The notes beneath the pieces are model-generated. The model had not been told where the DNA came from. It was given only the letters and a program-made list of their open reading frames with translations, and ran no database searches. A program made the translations under genes and the position numbers. A stretch of 64,000 nt of DNA, taken from assembly GCA_964597545.1 (NCBI GenBank), contig CAZQXN010000005.1, forward strand, positions 12,647 to 76,646. Reading direction: 5' to 3'. This DNA is from an uncultured Planctomycetia bacterium (GTDB lineage: Bacteria > Omnitrophota > Gorgyraeia > 1-14-0-20-64-10). The number at the start of each line of letters is the position of its first letter. Within the stretch, counting starts at the first letter, position 1. This document shows, one piece after another, positions 9,143 through 18,259 of the stretch.

Positions 9143-10218
9143 GAGCGAAACACCCTTTTAAGCCAAACGAAGAACCGGGGTGAGACACGCTTGATCGCAG
9201 CCTTAGCCCCGACCCAGAGAATGCCAAGCGGAGCCCTCCAGCTGAATGCTTCACCCCCGCGGCCGATATGAAAACCGTACCAAAGCTGCCAGCGAAGCGC
9301 CCAAGCCGACTCTCCCCTCCAACGCAGCAGATGCTCCGGCGGAAGGTAGTCGCTGCGGATCAGACTCAAGGCCTTTGACTTTGCCCGGGCAGGTTTTCGG
9401 CACAAAAAGCCTGGGCCAAAGGAATTGGGTGCCCAGCTGCGGTCCAGTGGGGCGATGATCTCAAACCCGCACGCTTCAAGACACTGCTGGAGCAGGCGCG
9501 GGGTAAACATCGAGATGTGCCCAAAACCCATATGGTAGATGTTGAGATCTCGGACATCCGGAACCTCAACGTAGAGATGCCCCCCGGGCTTCAAATGCAG
9601 ATAGAAATCGGTGAGCGCGCGGTAAGGGCGCGGCAGATGCTCCAACGTGTGGTAGGAATAGAGAAAATCAACGCTTTCCGCCTTCAGTGTTGCGCGAGTA
9701 TAAGGTTCCTGGAGCATGGTTAGGCCCAACTGCTCGCGCGCAAAGCGCGCCGGGGCTTGCGCAACCTCTACCCCGGTTGCCTCCCAGCCCAACCCCTGAA
9801 ATACCCGAAGGCTTCCACCGGCTCCAGCGCCCACATCCACCATCTGACGGCCGCGACCGACTTGAATGTCCGGAAGGAGGCGCGCGATGTCGTGAAGCAC
9901 GGATTGGGTCTCTGTCTCCTCTTGGGCCGAATAGCGCTCAAGGGCATCGGCGCTGTGCTCTGCCATGTCGTCAGCATAAGTGGAAAGCCAGATGCTGTAG
10001 TCCAAATCCAGAAAGGTCAGCCCACAGCGCTTGCAGAGGCGGTAGATGACCCAATGTTGAGGCGCGTGCAGCTGCTTTCGGGCGGATAAAAGGACTTGGG
10101 TATAAGCGCTGCCGCAGAGATTGCAGACGGTCTGCTGACCCATGCGTACTGAGGAGGCTTCTGCCTTGCCGGGAAACCCTTGAGCGGTTACTGCCTTCTC
10201 AAGAACAGGTGAACTCAT
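9139..10218 (-). CDS. Class I SAM-dependent methyltransferase with N-terminal zinc finger
   Basis: CNLC...CKRC, VDVGAGAG, HTLEHL, LKPGG and EVPD motifs. Confidence 0.88.
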   Translation of the reverse strand: MSSPVLEKAVTAQGFPGKAEASSVRMGQQTVCNLCGSAYTQVLLSARKQLHAPQHWVIYRLCKRCGLTFLDLDYSIWLSTYADDMAEHSADALERYSAQEETETQSVLHDIARLLPDIQVGRGRQMVDVGAGAGGSLRVFQGLGWEATGVEVAQAPARFAREQLGLTMLQEPYTRATLKAESVDFLYSYHTLEHLPRPYRALTDFYLHLKPGGHLYVEVPDVRDLNIYHMGFGHISMFTPRLLQQCLEACGFEIIAPLDRSWAPNSFGPGFLCRKPARAKSKALSLIRSDYLPPEHLLRWRGESAWALRWQLWYGFHIGRGGEAFSWRAPLGILWVGAKAAIKRVSPRFFVWLKRVFRS

Positions 10219-12182
10219 ACAGGCACCAAAATGGGATCCTGCCTAAAAGGGCTGGATGGGGCGCAAGGCGCATCCTCACGGGCAGTTCCCTCAACATCGC
10301 GAACCGCCTGCATGATCTCTGCACGCAGGCGCTCGATCGACTTGCCATCAGAAAAGAAGCTAAAATCTTTGGCCAACCGCTCAAGCCCTGCTTTGGGCCA
10401 AGCATTCTTCAGGAGTCTCCCGACTGCCTGCGCGACATCGTCACCGGATTTGAGGACCCAGGCTCGATTGTATTGCCCCAGGAAGCTGTCGGCCGTGCCC
10501 ATGTGGTCAAAGGCAGCGCATGGAATACCGGCAACCGCTGCTTCTAAGAGTCCTGTGGTGTGGCTGCCCCCTATGACCAAGTCGCTGACCGACATCCAGG
10601 CATAGGTGTCCAGCCATTCGGCATCGGAAGTAATGCGGGCATCTTGAGCAAGAATCTCCTCCAGGCCGAAGGCCAACCACTGGCGCTTTAGCGTTTCTGA
10701 GCGAAAGCGGCAAACCACTTGGAAGTTCCCGGTAAGCGTCTTGAGGCGCCTCAGTCCCTCAAGTAGGGCCTGGGCTCTCGAGCGCAGCACAAACCACTCT
10801 TTGAGGTTCGGCAAAAGCAGCAAGATACGGGGGTGCACAGTGCCAAACTGCCTTTGGCAAGCCTTGAGCAATTCCTGCCTCGCCGGCTTCCGCTGTGCGC
10901 GCAAGATCAGATCCGTGCGATAGGCCCCGATGGGCAACTGGCGCATGCCAGCCCAGTGCGGGCCGAAAAGATCCGCAAAGCCCTTCCCCCAAACACAGAG
11001 CCTGTGGATGGTGGTGTAGCGCATGCCCGGAAGGATTTGAGGAGCGATGGGATTTCCATGGTGCATTCCAAGGGTCAGTCGGTTGAGCTGGCGTGCGACG
11101 ATGGAGCGGACGACATGGGCCGGAGAGTAATCCTGGTACTCCAACCACACCTTATAGCTCACTGTGCGGGCAAAGCGCAGCTCCTTAAGATAGGTTCTTA
11201 TCAGTGCAGCCGAGGCAGCAGCAAACCGCGGTTCCTCCACCCAGAAAAGAGGCCGCAGTGCCAGGCTCCAGGAGCGCAGGCACAGCCCCGCCAGCTCAAT
11301 CAACCCTGCGCGGCCTACAGGCAGCTGCTTTGGGTTGACGTATCGAATCCCCTGCTCCTGCATGCGCTGACGCTGAGCCAGAAGCGCTTGGGTGCTGAGG
11401 CGCCAGTCCCCCTGGCAGAAGAGAACACGCTCTGGGGTAAGTTCTCCGCCCAGCAGCAGACCATCGTCATGTCCTGCCCACTGGGGCTCATTCGGATCCC
11501 GAAAACCTGATGTGAGCGGCATGGCCACATCTGTTTTGATGGGAGTTGCAGTCCGACGTACGCCGCCGCAGAGAATGGCCTCAAGCACTGGGTGAATGGA
11601 GAAGGCAAAAAGGTGGAAGACGTTGATTAACCCCAGGGTATGCGCTGTTCTGCGCAGCAGATGCGCAGCCCTCAACCAGAGGCGCACGCCCACTGGGACC
11701 ATTGCCTGCACCAAAGCGTCCTGAGCCAACTTGTGCTCGTCGAAGCGCTCGGGCAAGAGAACAAGCCGGCCCTCCCGCTTGAGGGCAGCCGCCGTTCGAT
11801 AGAAAAGGGTTTGGGATAAGAGCTCGGGCAGGAGCCTGAGCTTGTAGTAACGCTCAAGGCAATCAGTCTCAATTAAAACACTCATGCGCTGAAAGCTTAC
11901 GGATCTTTGCGCCGAATGAAACAGGCGCTCCATGGGCTCGGCAGAGGCCTCGTTGTTTTTGTGCCAGAGGGGCAGGAAGATCTCTTGTGGAACCTCGGAA
12001 AGATCGGCTCCAGGATTCAACCAGCGGATAAGGCGCAGGGTAGCCTGCACAATCCAAGCGGGCGCCCCCCTGCCCCCATACAGATCGTGCGGCGGGAAAA
12101 ATAGGATGCGCTGGGCGCGCACAAGGGTTCCGCAGGCAAGAAGGGTTTTCCAGATGCTGTGGCGCCCAAACAGAACGGTCAT
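10215..12182 (-). CDS. Hypothetical surface-carbohydrate biosynthesis protein, probable C-terminal GT-B-like domain
   Basis: 655 aa, ATGA-coupled on both sides. GMHHG, CVWG and SDLVIGGSHTTGLLEAAVAGIP resemble a GT-B/sialyltransferase-like C-terminus. Paralog-like to 34818-36422 and 41226-43349. Confidence 0.6.
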   Translation of the reverse strand: MTVLFGRHSIWKTLLACGTLVRAQRILFFPPHDLYGGRGAPAWIVQATLRLIRWLNPGADLSEVPQEIFLPLWHKNNEASAEPMERLFHSAQRSVSFQRMSVLIETDCLERYYKLRLLPELLSQTLFYRTAAALKREGRLVLLPERFDEHKLAQDALVQAMVPVGVRLWLRAAHLLRRTAHTLGLINVFHLFAFSIHPVLEAILCGGVRRTATPIKTDVAMPLTSGFRDPNEPQWAGHDDGLLLGGELTPERVLFCQGDWRLSTQALLAQRQRMQEQGIRYVNPKQLPVGRAGLIELAGLCLRSWSLALRPLFWVEEPRFAAASAALIRTYLKELRFARTVSYKVWLEYQDYSPAHVVRSIVARQLNRLTLGMHHGNPIAPQILPGMRYTTIHRLCVWGKGFADLFGPHWAGMRQLPIGAYRTDLILRAQRKPARQELLKACQRQFGTVHPRILLLLPNLKEWFVLRSRAQALLEGLRRLKTLTGNFQVVCRFRSETLKRQWLAFGLEEILAQDARITSDAEWLDTYAWMSVSDLVIGGSHTTGLLEAAVAGIPCAAFDHMGTADSFLGQYNRAWVLKSGDDVAQAVGRLLKNAWPKAGLERLAKDFSFFSDGKSIERLRAEIMQAVRDVEGTAREDAPCAPSSPFRQDPILVPV

Positions 12183-14047
12183 GCTCCGGCCTCCAGCGGT
12201 TGAGGTGCTTGAGCCGCCTTCTCAGATTGAAGCTGCCACAGCCGGGCGTAGATTCCTCCGCGGACTAAAAGGGTTTCGTGGCTGCCCTGTTCGACTAAGC
12301 GGCCCCGATCTAAGACCAAGATTTGATCTGCCTGGGCAACGGTTGAAAGACGGTGGGCGATGATCAAGAGGGTTCTACGCCGCCGCTCGGCTTCGAGCGC
12401 CTCCTGGATGAGCCGCTCTGACTCAGAGTCTAGGGCAGAGGTTGCCTCGTCCAAGATCAGCAGCTGGGGTTGGCGCACCAAGGCGCGGGCCAGCGCAATC
12501 CTTTGGCGCTGCCCACCGGAGAGCCGATAGCCCCTGTCTCCGATCACGGTGCTGTAGCCATCGGCCAGCTCCTTGATAAAGCAGTCTGCATGTGCGGCTT
12601 GCGCCGCAGCCAAAATCTCTTCCTCGGTTGCGCCGGGTTTGCCAAAGGCGATGTTGTCCCGAATGCTTGCGTGGAAGAGAAAGGGTTGCTGGCTGACTAC
12701 ACCCAGATGTTGGCGCCATGCATGCGAAGAGAGGGCAGCCAGGGGTTGCCCATCAACAACGATCTGACCCGAGGTGGGTTCGTAGAGCCTTAGCAGCAAA
12801 TCAGCTACAGTTGATTTCCCAGCGCCGGAAGTGCCCACCAGCGCGGTCATGGATCCGCGCGGCATCTCAAAGGTTAGCCCTGACACCGCAGCTGGTTCAT
12901 CTGGATGATAGGTCAGGGTGACGCGATCGAAAGCAACCTTCCCCTTGAGGCCGGAAAAATCCCTTCCGGACTCTGCGGCTCGGGTGTCTTCCGGCTGTTG
13001 CAGAATTTGATTGAGGCGTCCGATGCTGGGCCCAAAGCGTGCCAGGGTAGTGCGAGCGCTGTAAATGGATCTCAGCCGCGGGGCCATCCGATGCAGCGCC
13101 AATAAGAAGGCCAACAACGAAGGCAAGGCGGCCTGGGTTCCGGAGCCTAAAACAAAGAATCCTCCCAGCAGCAGAGCGCCTGCTCCCAGCACGGTCAGGA
13201 TATCGGTCAGGGGCTCTACGGTGCTGCCCCAAATGCTGGCAAGGCAACGGCTGCGCATCCCCTCTTGCGCCAAGCGCCCCACGGTTTGCGTGGAGCGCTC
13301 TTGTGCGGAAAAGGTATGGAGCGACCGAATGGCCGAAAGGAATTCTGTGGCCCGCTCGCTTAGGGTGACAGTTTTCTCAGTGAAGCGGCGCGCATGCTGC
13401 CCTACCCGGGAGATGGCCTTGCGCAGAGCCCAGGTCATGGCCCCGGCCAATACTGCTGCCACTGCGGTCATGGGCCAGGAAATCCAAAGCATGAGGGCCA
13501 CATAGACAGCGACCAGCAGGACGCTTCGCAACAGGACGTTAAGCTCTGAAATGATTTCATGCAAGTAATTCGTGTGGCTAAGGTAGTCGGTCAGATCCCC
13601 AAGCTTGTATCGGCTGGCAGCAGGAAAGCTTAAATGCATGACACGCGAGAAGATGCGCTTATAGGCGTCGGCCTGAACGCGGGTGTGTAGGATGGCGGCT
13701 GAGACCTCACCCAAGAATTGCAGTAGGCTGCGCAGGACCTGAAAACCGACCGCCAGAAGCACAAGGCTTAAGAACAGCGGTGCTCTGCCCAACGCCAAGC
13801 TCTCCAACCACTGTCCGAATGCACCATAAGTTGCTGCCAGCGTTTGCTCGGGCGAAGCACCCAGCACTTGAAGGCCGACAGCCAAAAGCCCAATGCTGCT
13901 GCCTTCAAAGATGGCTGCAACCAGGTTGGCTGTAAAGGCGAGGGCAAGAAAACCCCAGGCAGGACGGATCAGATCCCAGATCAAAACAAAGGGGTTACGG
14001 TTTTTTTGGATAGCGCGCTGCCGCGCCTTCGGGGAGCTAATGTTCAT
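12179..14047 (-). CDS. ABC exporter, fused permease/ATPase (MsbA/PglK-like)
   Basis: Start moved to ATG 14047. TMD followed by GTSGAGKST, LSGGQRQR, ILDEATSALD and IAHRLST. Confidence 0.92.
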   Translation of the reverse strand: MNISSPKARQRAIQKNRNPFVLIWDLIRPAWGFLALAFTANLVAAIFEGSSIGLLAVGLQVLGASPEQTLAATYGAFGQWLESLALGRAPLFLSLVLLAVGFQVLRSLLQFLGEVSAAILHTRVQADAYKRIFSRVMHLSFPAASRYKLGDLTDYLSHTNYLHEIISELNVLLRSVLLVAVYVALMLWISWPMTAVAAVLAGAMTWALRKAISRVGQHARRFTEKTVTLSERATEFLSAIRSLHTFSAQERSTQTVGRLAQEGMRSRCLASIWGSTVEPLTDILTVLGAGALLLGGFFVLGSGTQAALPSLLAFLLALHRMAPRLRSIYSARTTLARFGPSIGRLNQILQQPEDTRAAESGRDFSGLKGKVAFDRVTLTYHPDEPAAVSGLTFEMPRGSMTALVGTSGAGKSTVADLLLRLYEPTSGQIVVDGQPLAALSSHAWRQHLGVVSQQPFLFHASIRDNIAFGKPGATEEEILAAAQAAHADCFIKELADGYSTVIGDRGYRLSGGQRQRIALARALVRQPQLLILDEATSALDSESERLIQEALEAERRRRTLLIIAHRLSTVAQADQILVLDRGRLVEQGSHETLLVRGGIYARLWQLQSEKAAQAPQPLEAGA

Positions 14048-14082
14048 CACATGAACATCCCATATCCTATCTGGCTTGTCAA
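14040..14082 (-). promoter_or_regulatory. Putative internal sigma70 promoter with overlapping palindromic operator
   Basis: TTGACA (14082-14077), 17 nt, then GATGTT (14059-14054) preceded by TGn. A perfect IR ATGTTCAT-3-ATGAACAT (14040-14058) covers the -10 and the start codon. Confidence 0.45.
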
Positions 14083-14166
14083 GGGGTTTTGAGGGGTGAT
14101 GGGCCGGCAGGCAGACACTGTAACACGTTTGAATATAAGGAGTTACAACATCAAGCCCAAGCGAAT

Positions 14167-16101
14167 TTACACTTGAGAACAAGAATGGTTTATATGATAA
14201 ACCGAGCCTGGTTGAGGTTGTTCAAAGTGGGGATTCTCAAACTGCCGCAGCCAGATCTCAAGGGTCACCAGCAACCAGAGGAAGTGGCCTAAATCTTTCT
14301 GCCCGGACAGGTGATCGTTAAGCGCCCAACGTACGCTTGCCAGGTGAAGATACCGGCTCAGCATAGGCTTCGGTCCACCCAGTAGATCGCAAAGGGAATC
14401 TTTCCAGCTTCCACGAAACCAGGCGGCCAGAGGAACGCCAAAGCCCATCTTACCCCTTCCCCGAATAGGCCCAGGGAGCAGCTCGCTTAACGCGCGCCGC
14501 AAAATCCATTTGGTGGTGCCGCGCTTCAACTTCAGGTCATCCGGCAAACCAAAGGCCCATTCGGTCAGGGGCGTATCCAGGAACGGGGAGCGGACCTCAA
14601 GTCCGTGCGCCATGGTGCAGCGGTCCGCTTTGACGTTGAGGTCGTTCGGGAGATACTCCTCAAAATTGAGTCGAAGCAAGGCAGAGAGGGTCTCCTCCCG
14701 AGGAAGACCATTGAGTGCAGCATAGGCTGGGGGCAAAGAAGCCTTTGCGTGAGAGGGTGCAATAAAGAGATCTGATGGATTTTGATGCAACGCTACCCAC
14801 CGCAGATACCGCTCGCCCAGCGGCAAATCGGCGCTCTCTAAAAAGCGCCTCGCTCGCGCCCAAGGGGAGCGCTGGCTTCTTCCCGGGGGGGCTAATCGCA
14901 GCAGAGCCCGTCCTGCCTTGAGCGCGAGCGGAGGAAGTTCCTCGGCCAGCAATGCGGCTCGGAAGCGCTCGTAGCCGGCAAAGAGCTCATCACCTCCATC
15001 GCCGCAGAGGGCAACCGTCACTTGACTGCTGACCAACTCTGAGAGGAGGTAGGTCGGTAAACCAGAAGAATCTCCAAAGGGCTCGTCGTAATGGGCCACC
15101 AGCTTCTCAATTAGGTCGAACGGTGGAGGATGAACCGTAAAGGCGGTGTGATCTGTCTGGAACTGCTTGGCTGCAATTTCGGCAAAATTCGTTTCGTTGA
15201 AACGCCGGTCCCCTTCAAACCCAATGCTGAAAGTCTTGAGGCTCCCCTTGGGCAGCTGCCTGGCCATCAAGCCCACCACAATGGTGGAGTCAATCCCGCC
15301 GCTCAATAAAGCCCCCAGGGGAACATCTGAGACCATGCGCTTGGTGACTGCTTCAGTCAGGAGTTCCTTCGCTTGGGCGGTTGCCTGCCCCAGGGCAATC
15401 GGGTGCTTTTGCATCGGTGGAAGGGTCCAGTACCGACGAGAAGATACCTTGCCCTGCCCCAGATGAAACTGGAGCCAAGTCGCTGGGGGCACTTGACGGA
15501 TCCCTGCGTAACAGCTCTGGCCCGGCGGAGGAAATCCAAAGGTAACGAGTGAACTCAATGCCCCCTCGTGGATCTTCCGGGGCAGGTGCGCGTGAAGCAA
15601 GAGAGCTTTGATCTCTGAGCCAAAAACTACGCAGTTGGAATGGGCCCAATAGAAGAGGGGCTTCTTCCCGGCTCGATCGCGCACCAAGGTGAGGATCCGG
15701 GCGCGAGAGTCCCAAAGGCAAAAGGCAAACATCCCATCGAGGCGCTGGAGAGTTTTCTCAAGCCCCCACCGCTCCACCGCCTGCAGGATGACCTCTGTGT
15801 CGGATTGGCTGCGAAACTGGCACCCCTCGGAGGCCAGCTGCGATCGAAGTTGGCGGAAGTTGTAAATCTCACCGTTGTGGAGAAGCCAGCGGGTGCCGTC
15901 CGAGTTTGACATCGGTTGACGGGCGGCAGCGGTCAGATCGATCACCTTCAGCCGCGCGTGGACCAGTCCCACCCCGGCCTCGGGGGCAGCTACGCACAGC
16001 TCATCCGGACCGCGATGACGCAGAGACCAAGCCATCGCCTCCAATTCCTGCAGAGAGACAGGCTGACCGTCTGTATGAAGAATTCCGCTAAATCCACACA
16101 T
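14167..16101 (-). CDS. asnB: Asparagine synthase (glutamine-hydrolysing)-like amidotransferase, probably amidates a glycan carboxylate
   Basis: Start moved to ATG 16101 to give the N-terminal MCG (Ntn Cys). HRGPD, HNGEIYN, SDTEV, LSGGIDS, GDGGDELFAGY and KMGF motifs. Confidence 0.93.
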   Translation of the reverse strand: MCGFSGILHTDGQPVSLQELEAMAWSLRHRGPDELCVAAPEAGVGLVHARLKVIDLTAAARQPMSNSDGTRWLLHNGEIYNFRQLRSQLASEGCQFRSQSDTEVILQAVERWGLEKTLQRLDGMFAFCLWDSRARILTLVRDRAGKKPLFYWAHSNCVVFGSEIKALLLHAHLPRKIHEGALSSLVTFGFPPPGQSCYAGIRQVPPATWLQFHLGQGKVSSRRYWTLPPMQKHPIALGQATAQAKELLTEAVTKRMVSDVPLGALLSGGIDSTIVVGLMARQLPKGSLKTFSIGFEGDRRFNETNFAEIAAKQFQTDHTAFTVHPPPFDLIEKLVAHYDEPFGDSSGLPTYLLSELVSSQVTVALCGDGGDELFAGYERFRAALLAEELPPLALKAGRALLRLAPPGRSQRSPWARARRFLESADLPLGERYLRWVALHQNPSDLFIAPSHAKASLPPAYAALNGLPREETLSALLRLNFEEYLPNDLNVKADRCTMAHGLEVRSPFLDTPLTEWAFGLPDDLKLKRGTTKWILRRALSELLPGPIRGRGKMGFGVPLAAWFRGSWKDSLCDLLGGPKPMLSRYLHLASVRWALNDHLSGQKDLGHFLWLLVTLEIWLRQFENPHFEQPQPGSVYHINHSCSQV

Positions 16102-16888
16102 GATTGTCATTCCCGCGGAAGCGGGAATCCCTAATCATTTCGAAACCGCCGCCTGATCCTCGCCCCTCGATCGGCTCCTCGCTTTCGCGAGGATGGGCAA
16201 GCTTCGCGAGGATAACATTCCACACTCGACCCAACTCATGTTTTAAGCGTTTTATAGGCATCTGCTTTTCTGCGCGCAAAGGTTCGGGTATCTCAAATGG
16301 GGTAAGTTGCTGTTTTAAGGGGCCGGTAAGCTCCTCGACACTTAAAAGATTTCCGCCTGCATCCCGTAATCCAACACCCTGCACAGCATCCCAGACAGTC
16401 CACCTGCCGTTTACCCGCACCAATGAGAGGACCCGCTTGCCGACCCCTTCCTCATGTCGAAGCACTTTCCAAAAGGCGGGATGCCCCGCATAGGTCGCCA
16501 GCGTCGAGAAGAGATCGCTGATTTGATCATCCGCACCATAACCACGCTGGATGATGTTCAAGATGTGGTCATCGACCACTGGGCTGCCGGGCGGCACAGG
16601 ACGAACGCAGCTGCGTACCCAGCTCAAGAGGGCCTTCAGGCGCGCCTCATCCTCTGTGAGCCCTCGCGTGATCTGGGCTGCCAGCCCGCGGTATGCCCCA
16701 TCCCGATGCAAGAACTGATAGAGCTTAAGCCCCAACGGAATTCGGTGTGCTGTGACCACATAGTTCAACCCCTGATGGGTTGCAACGGGCAGCGCAAGAA
16801 TCCCGGTCAGGGCAAGCAAGAAGCCCCCTACGAGGAGGGGCCGGAGGGTGCGCGGTCGCTGTCCCGCCAAAGCCATCGCTTTATCCAC
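16088..16888 (-). CDS. Membrane-anchored transglutaminase-like domain protein, catalytic Cys apparently lost
   Basis: N-terminal TM; IIQRGYGADDQISDLFSTLATYAG and VNGRWTVWD match the TGase-like core, but GxGxC reads GYGAD. Confidence 0.68.
   Translation of the reverse strand: MDKAMALAGQRPRTLRPLLVGGFLLALTGILALPVATHQGLNYVVTAHRIPLGLKLYQFLHRDGAYRGLAAQITRGLTEDEARLKALLSWVRSCVRPVPPGSPVVDDHILNIIQRGYGADDQISDLFSTLATYAGHPAFWKVLRHEEGVGKRVLSLVRVNGRWTVWDAVQGVGLRDAGGNLLSVEELTGPLKQQLTPFEIPEPLRAEKQMPIKRLKHELGRVWNVILAKLAHPRESEEPIEGRGSGGGFEMIRDSRFRGNDNHVWI
16106..16216. repeat. REP/RPE-like palindromic doublet
   Basis: GTCATTCCCGCGGAAGCGGGAATCC (16106-16130), a degenerate inverted copy GGCTCCTCGCTTTCGCGAGGATGGGC (16173-16198) and a partial third copy (16201-16216). 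Translates as VILAK...DSRFRGND, the RPE/dRS3-like signature. Confidence 0.75.
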
Positions 16889-17235
16889 CTAACAACCAGG
16901 GCTCTTTCCCAAAAACCCTCCTTCTGGAGAGGGCAAAGCCACAGGGTTGCGCCCAAAAGGAAGAGAAGAAGACGCCCCCACATTCCCCAAAGGAGAATGG
17001 GCTCAGCCCTGCAGAAAAGCAGCAGCGCATTGATCACGCCCGCAATCACCACAACGAATCCTGCTGCTTGGAGCGGCTGAGCCTCAAAGGCCTCTGAGGT
17101 GTGCCGAAACCATTGGCAGCGGTGCAAGGCTTGAGCCATGCTGCGCAGCTTGGCAAGGATACGATCCCACAGCTTGAGGCAACCTGAGGCCAACCGGCTG
17201 GAGATGAGAAAGGTCTTCCAAGGATCAGGGTTCAT
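16828..17235 (-). CDS. Small hypothetical membrane protein (2 TM)
   Basis: Start moved to ATG 17235, overlapping the upstream stop. Two hydrophobic segments; fills the operon gap. Confidence 0.55.
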   Translation of the reverse strand: MNPDPWKTFLISSRLASGCLKLWDRILAKLRSMAQALHRCQWFRHTSEAFEAQPLQAAGFVVVIAGVINALLLFCRAEPILLWGMWGRLLLFLLGATLWLCPLQKEGFWERALVVRWIKRWLWRDSDRAPSGPSS

Positions 17236-18259
17236 CAGAACCCCCCACTGGTTCAACAAGGATGGGCCTGGAGAGCACGATAAGCTCAAGGGGTTTACCC
17301 TGCTGCGGCAAGAAAATCCGATTTCCAATAACGATATGTTCTGCCTCTAGGTTGTAGTAGGGTGGACCACCCGGCACAATCTCGATCTGGCCCATCAAAC
17401 GCATTCGAGCAAAAACCAGATGCACAGCCTCCGAAGCGTCCTCATGAAGCGAAACGATGGGCAGTGCGCGGGATGTCAAAACCTCCAGGATCTCAGCGCT
17501 CACTCGGTCGAAACTGTCCTGGTAAATCCAGCCGGTTCGCAGCTGCTCTATTTGGTTGGGGTCAGAAGCGCGGACGACACAGTAAACCTCCAACGGAACT
17601 GCCGGCATCAACGGCTGGTCAATCCGTATGGCATCCGGTACCAGCAGGGAGAGATCGCTTTGCGGATTGTGCAGGGAGACCGAGTAGGATCCCTTCTGGA
17701 GTGATTGAATCCGATAATAGCTGGTGACATGCTGTGAATCTGTATAGGTCTTGTAGAGGGGGGCCAGGTTTCCCAGGCGGATGTCACAGCCCATCTCCAG
17801 ATATTTCCCCTGGACGATCAATGCGCCTGTTCCCTGCGGTGTAACGCGCAAACCCACCTGGTGGAGCTCTGGTCGCCAGAGGACTTTCAGTGGGGTATTT
17901 TTATAGATCATGCGCCCTCGCCCATTCCGAATCGAGATGGACGCATAGCCCGGGTTTATCTCTACGGGCAGAGCGAAGTCAATCTGCGCCTCATTCAAGA
18001 AACGCGGCACCAGCGCATACTCCCCCACCAGTACAGTGGTGTCGCGGTCAAAACCGCTGCCGGTGAGCATAACTCGTGCGTCGGGGCCGGCTTCGGCCAT
18101 GGCAGGCTCAACACATAAGAGCTTAAGCTCTGCGCTCCCCCGGAGGGTTTGATATCCAAAATAGAGCAGCGGCAAAGCAGAGGCGAGCAGGATCCAAACC
18201 AGCAGATCCAGCAGATGCATTCGGCCGAACACGCGTCCCTGAGAATCTATAATTTTCAT
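17225..18259 (-). CDS. DUF4330-like protein with inserted IPT/TIG repeats
   Basis: MKIIDSQGRVFGRMHLLDL + TM (DUF4330-type N-terminus); LTGSGFD...IRNGRG and IVQGKYL...VSLHNP (IPT-like); C-terminal beta-rich domain. Confidence 0.68.
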   Translation of the reverse strand: MKIIDSQGRVFGRMHLLDLLVWILLASALPLLYFGYQTLRGSAELKLLCVEPAMAEAGPDARVMLTGSGFDRDTTVLVGEYALVPRFLNEAQIDFALPVEINPGYASISIRNGRGRMIYKNTPLKVLWRPELHQVGLRVTPQGTGALIVQGKYLEMGCDIRLGNLAPLYKTYTDSQHVTSYYRIQSLQKGSYSVSLHNPQSDLSLLVPDAIRIDQPLMPAVPLEVYCVVRASDPNQIEQLRTGWIYQDSFDRVSAEILEVLTSRALPIVSLHEDASEAVHLVFARMRLMGQIEIVPGGPPYYNLEAEHIVIGNRIFLPQQGKPLELIVLSRPILVEPVGGSDEP

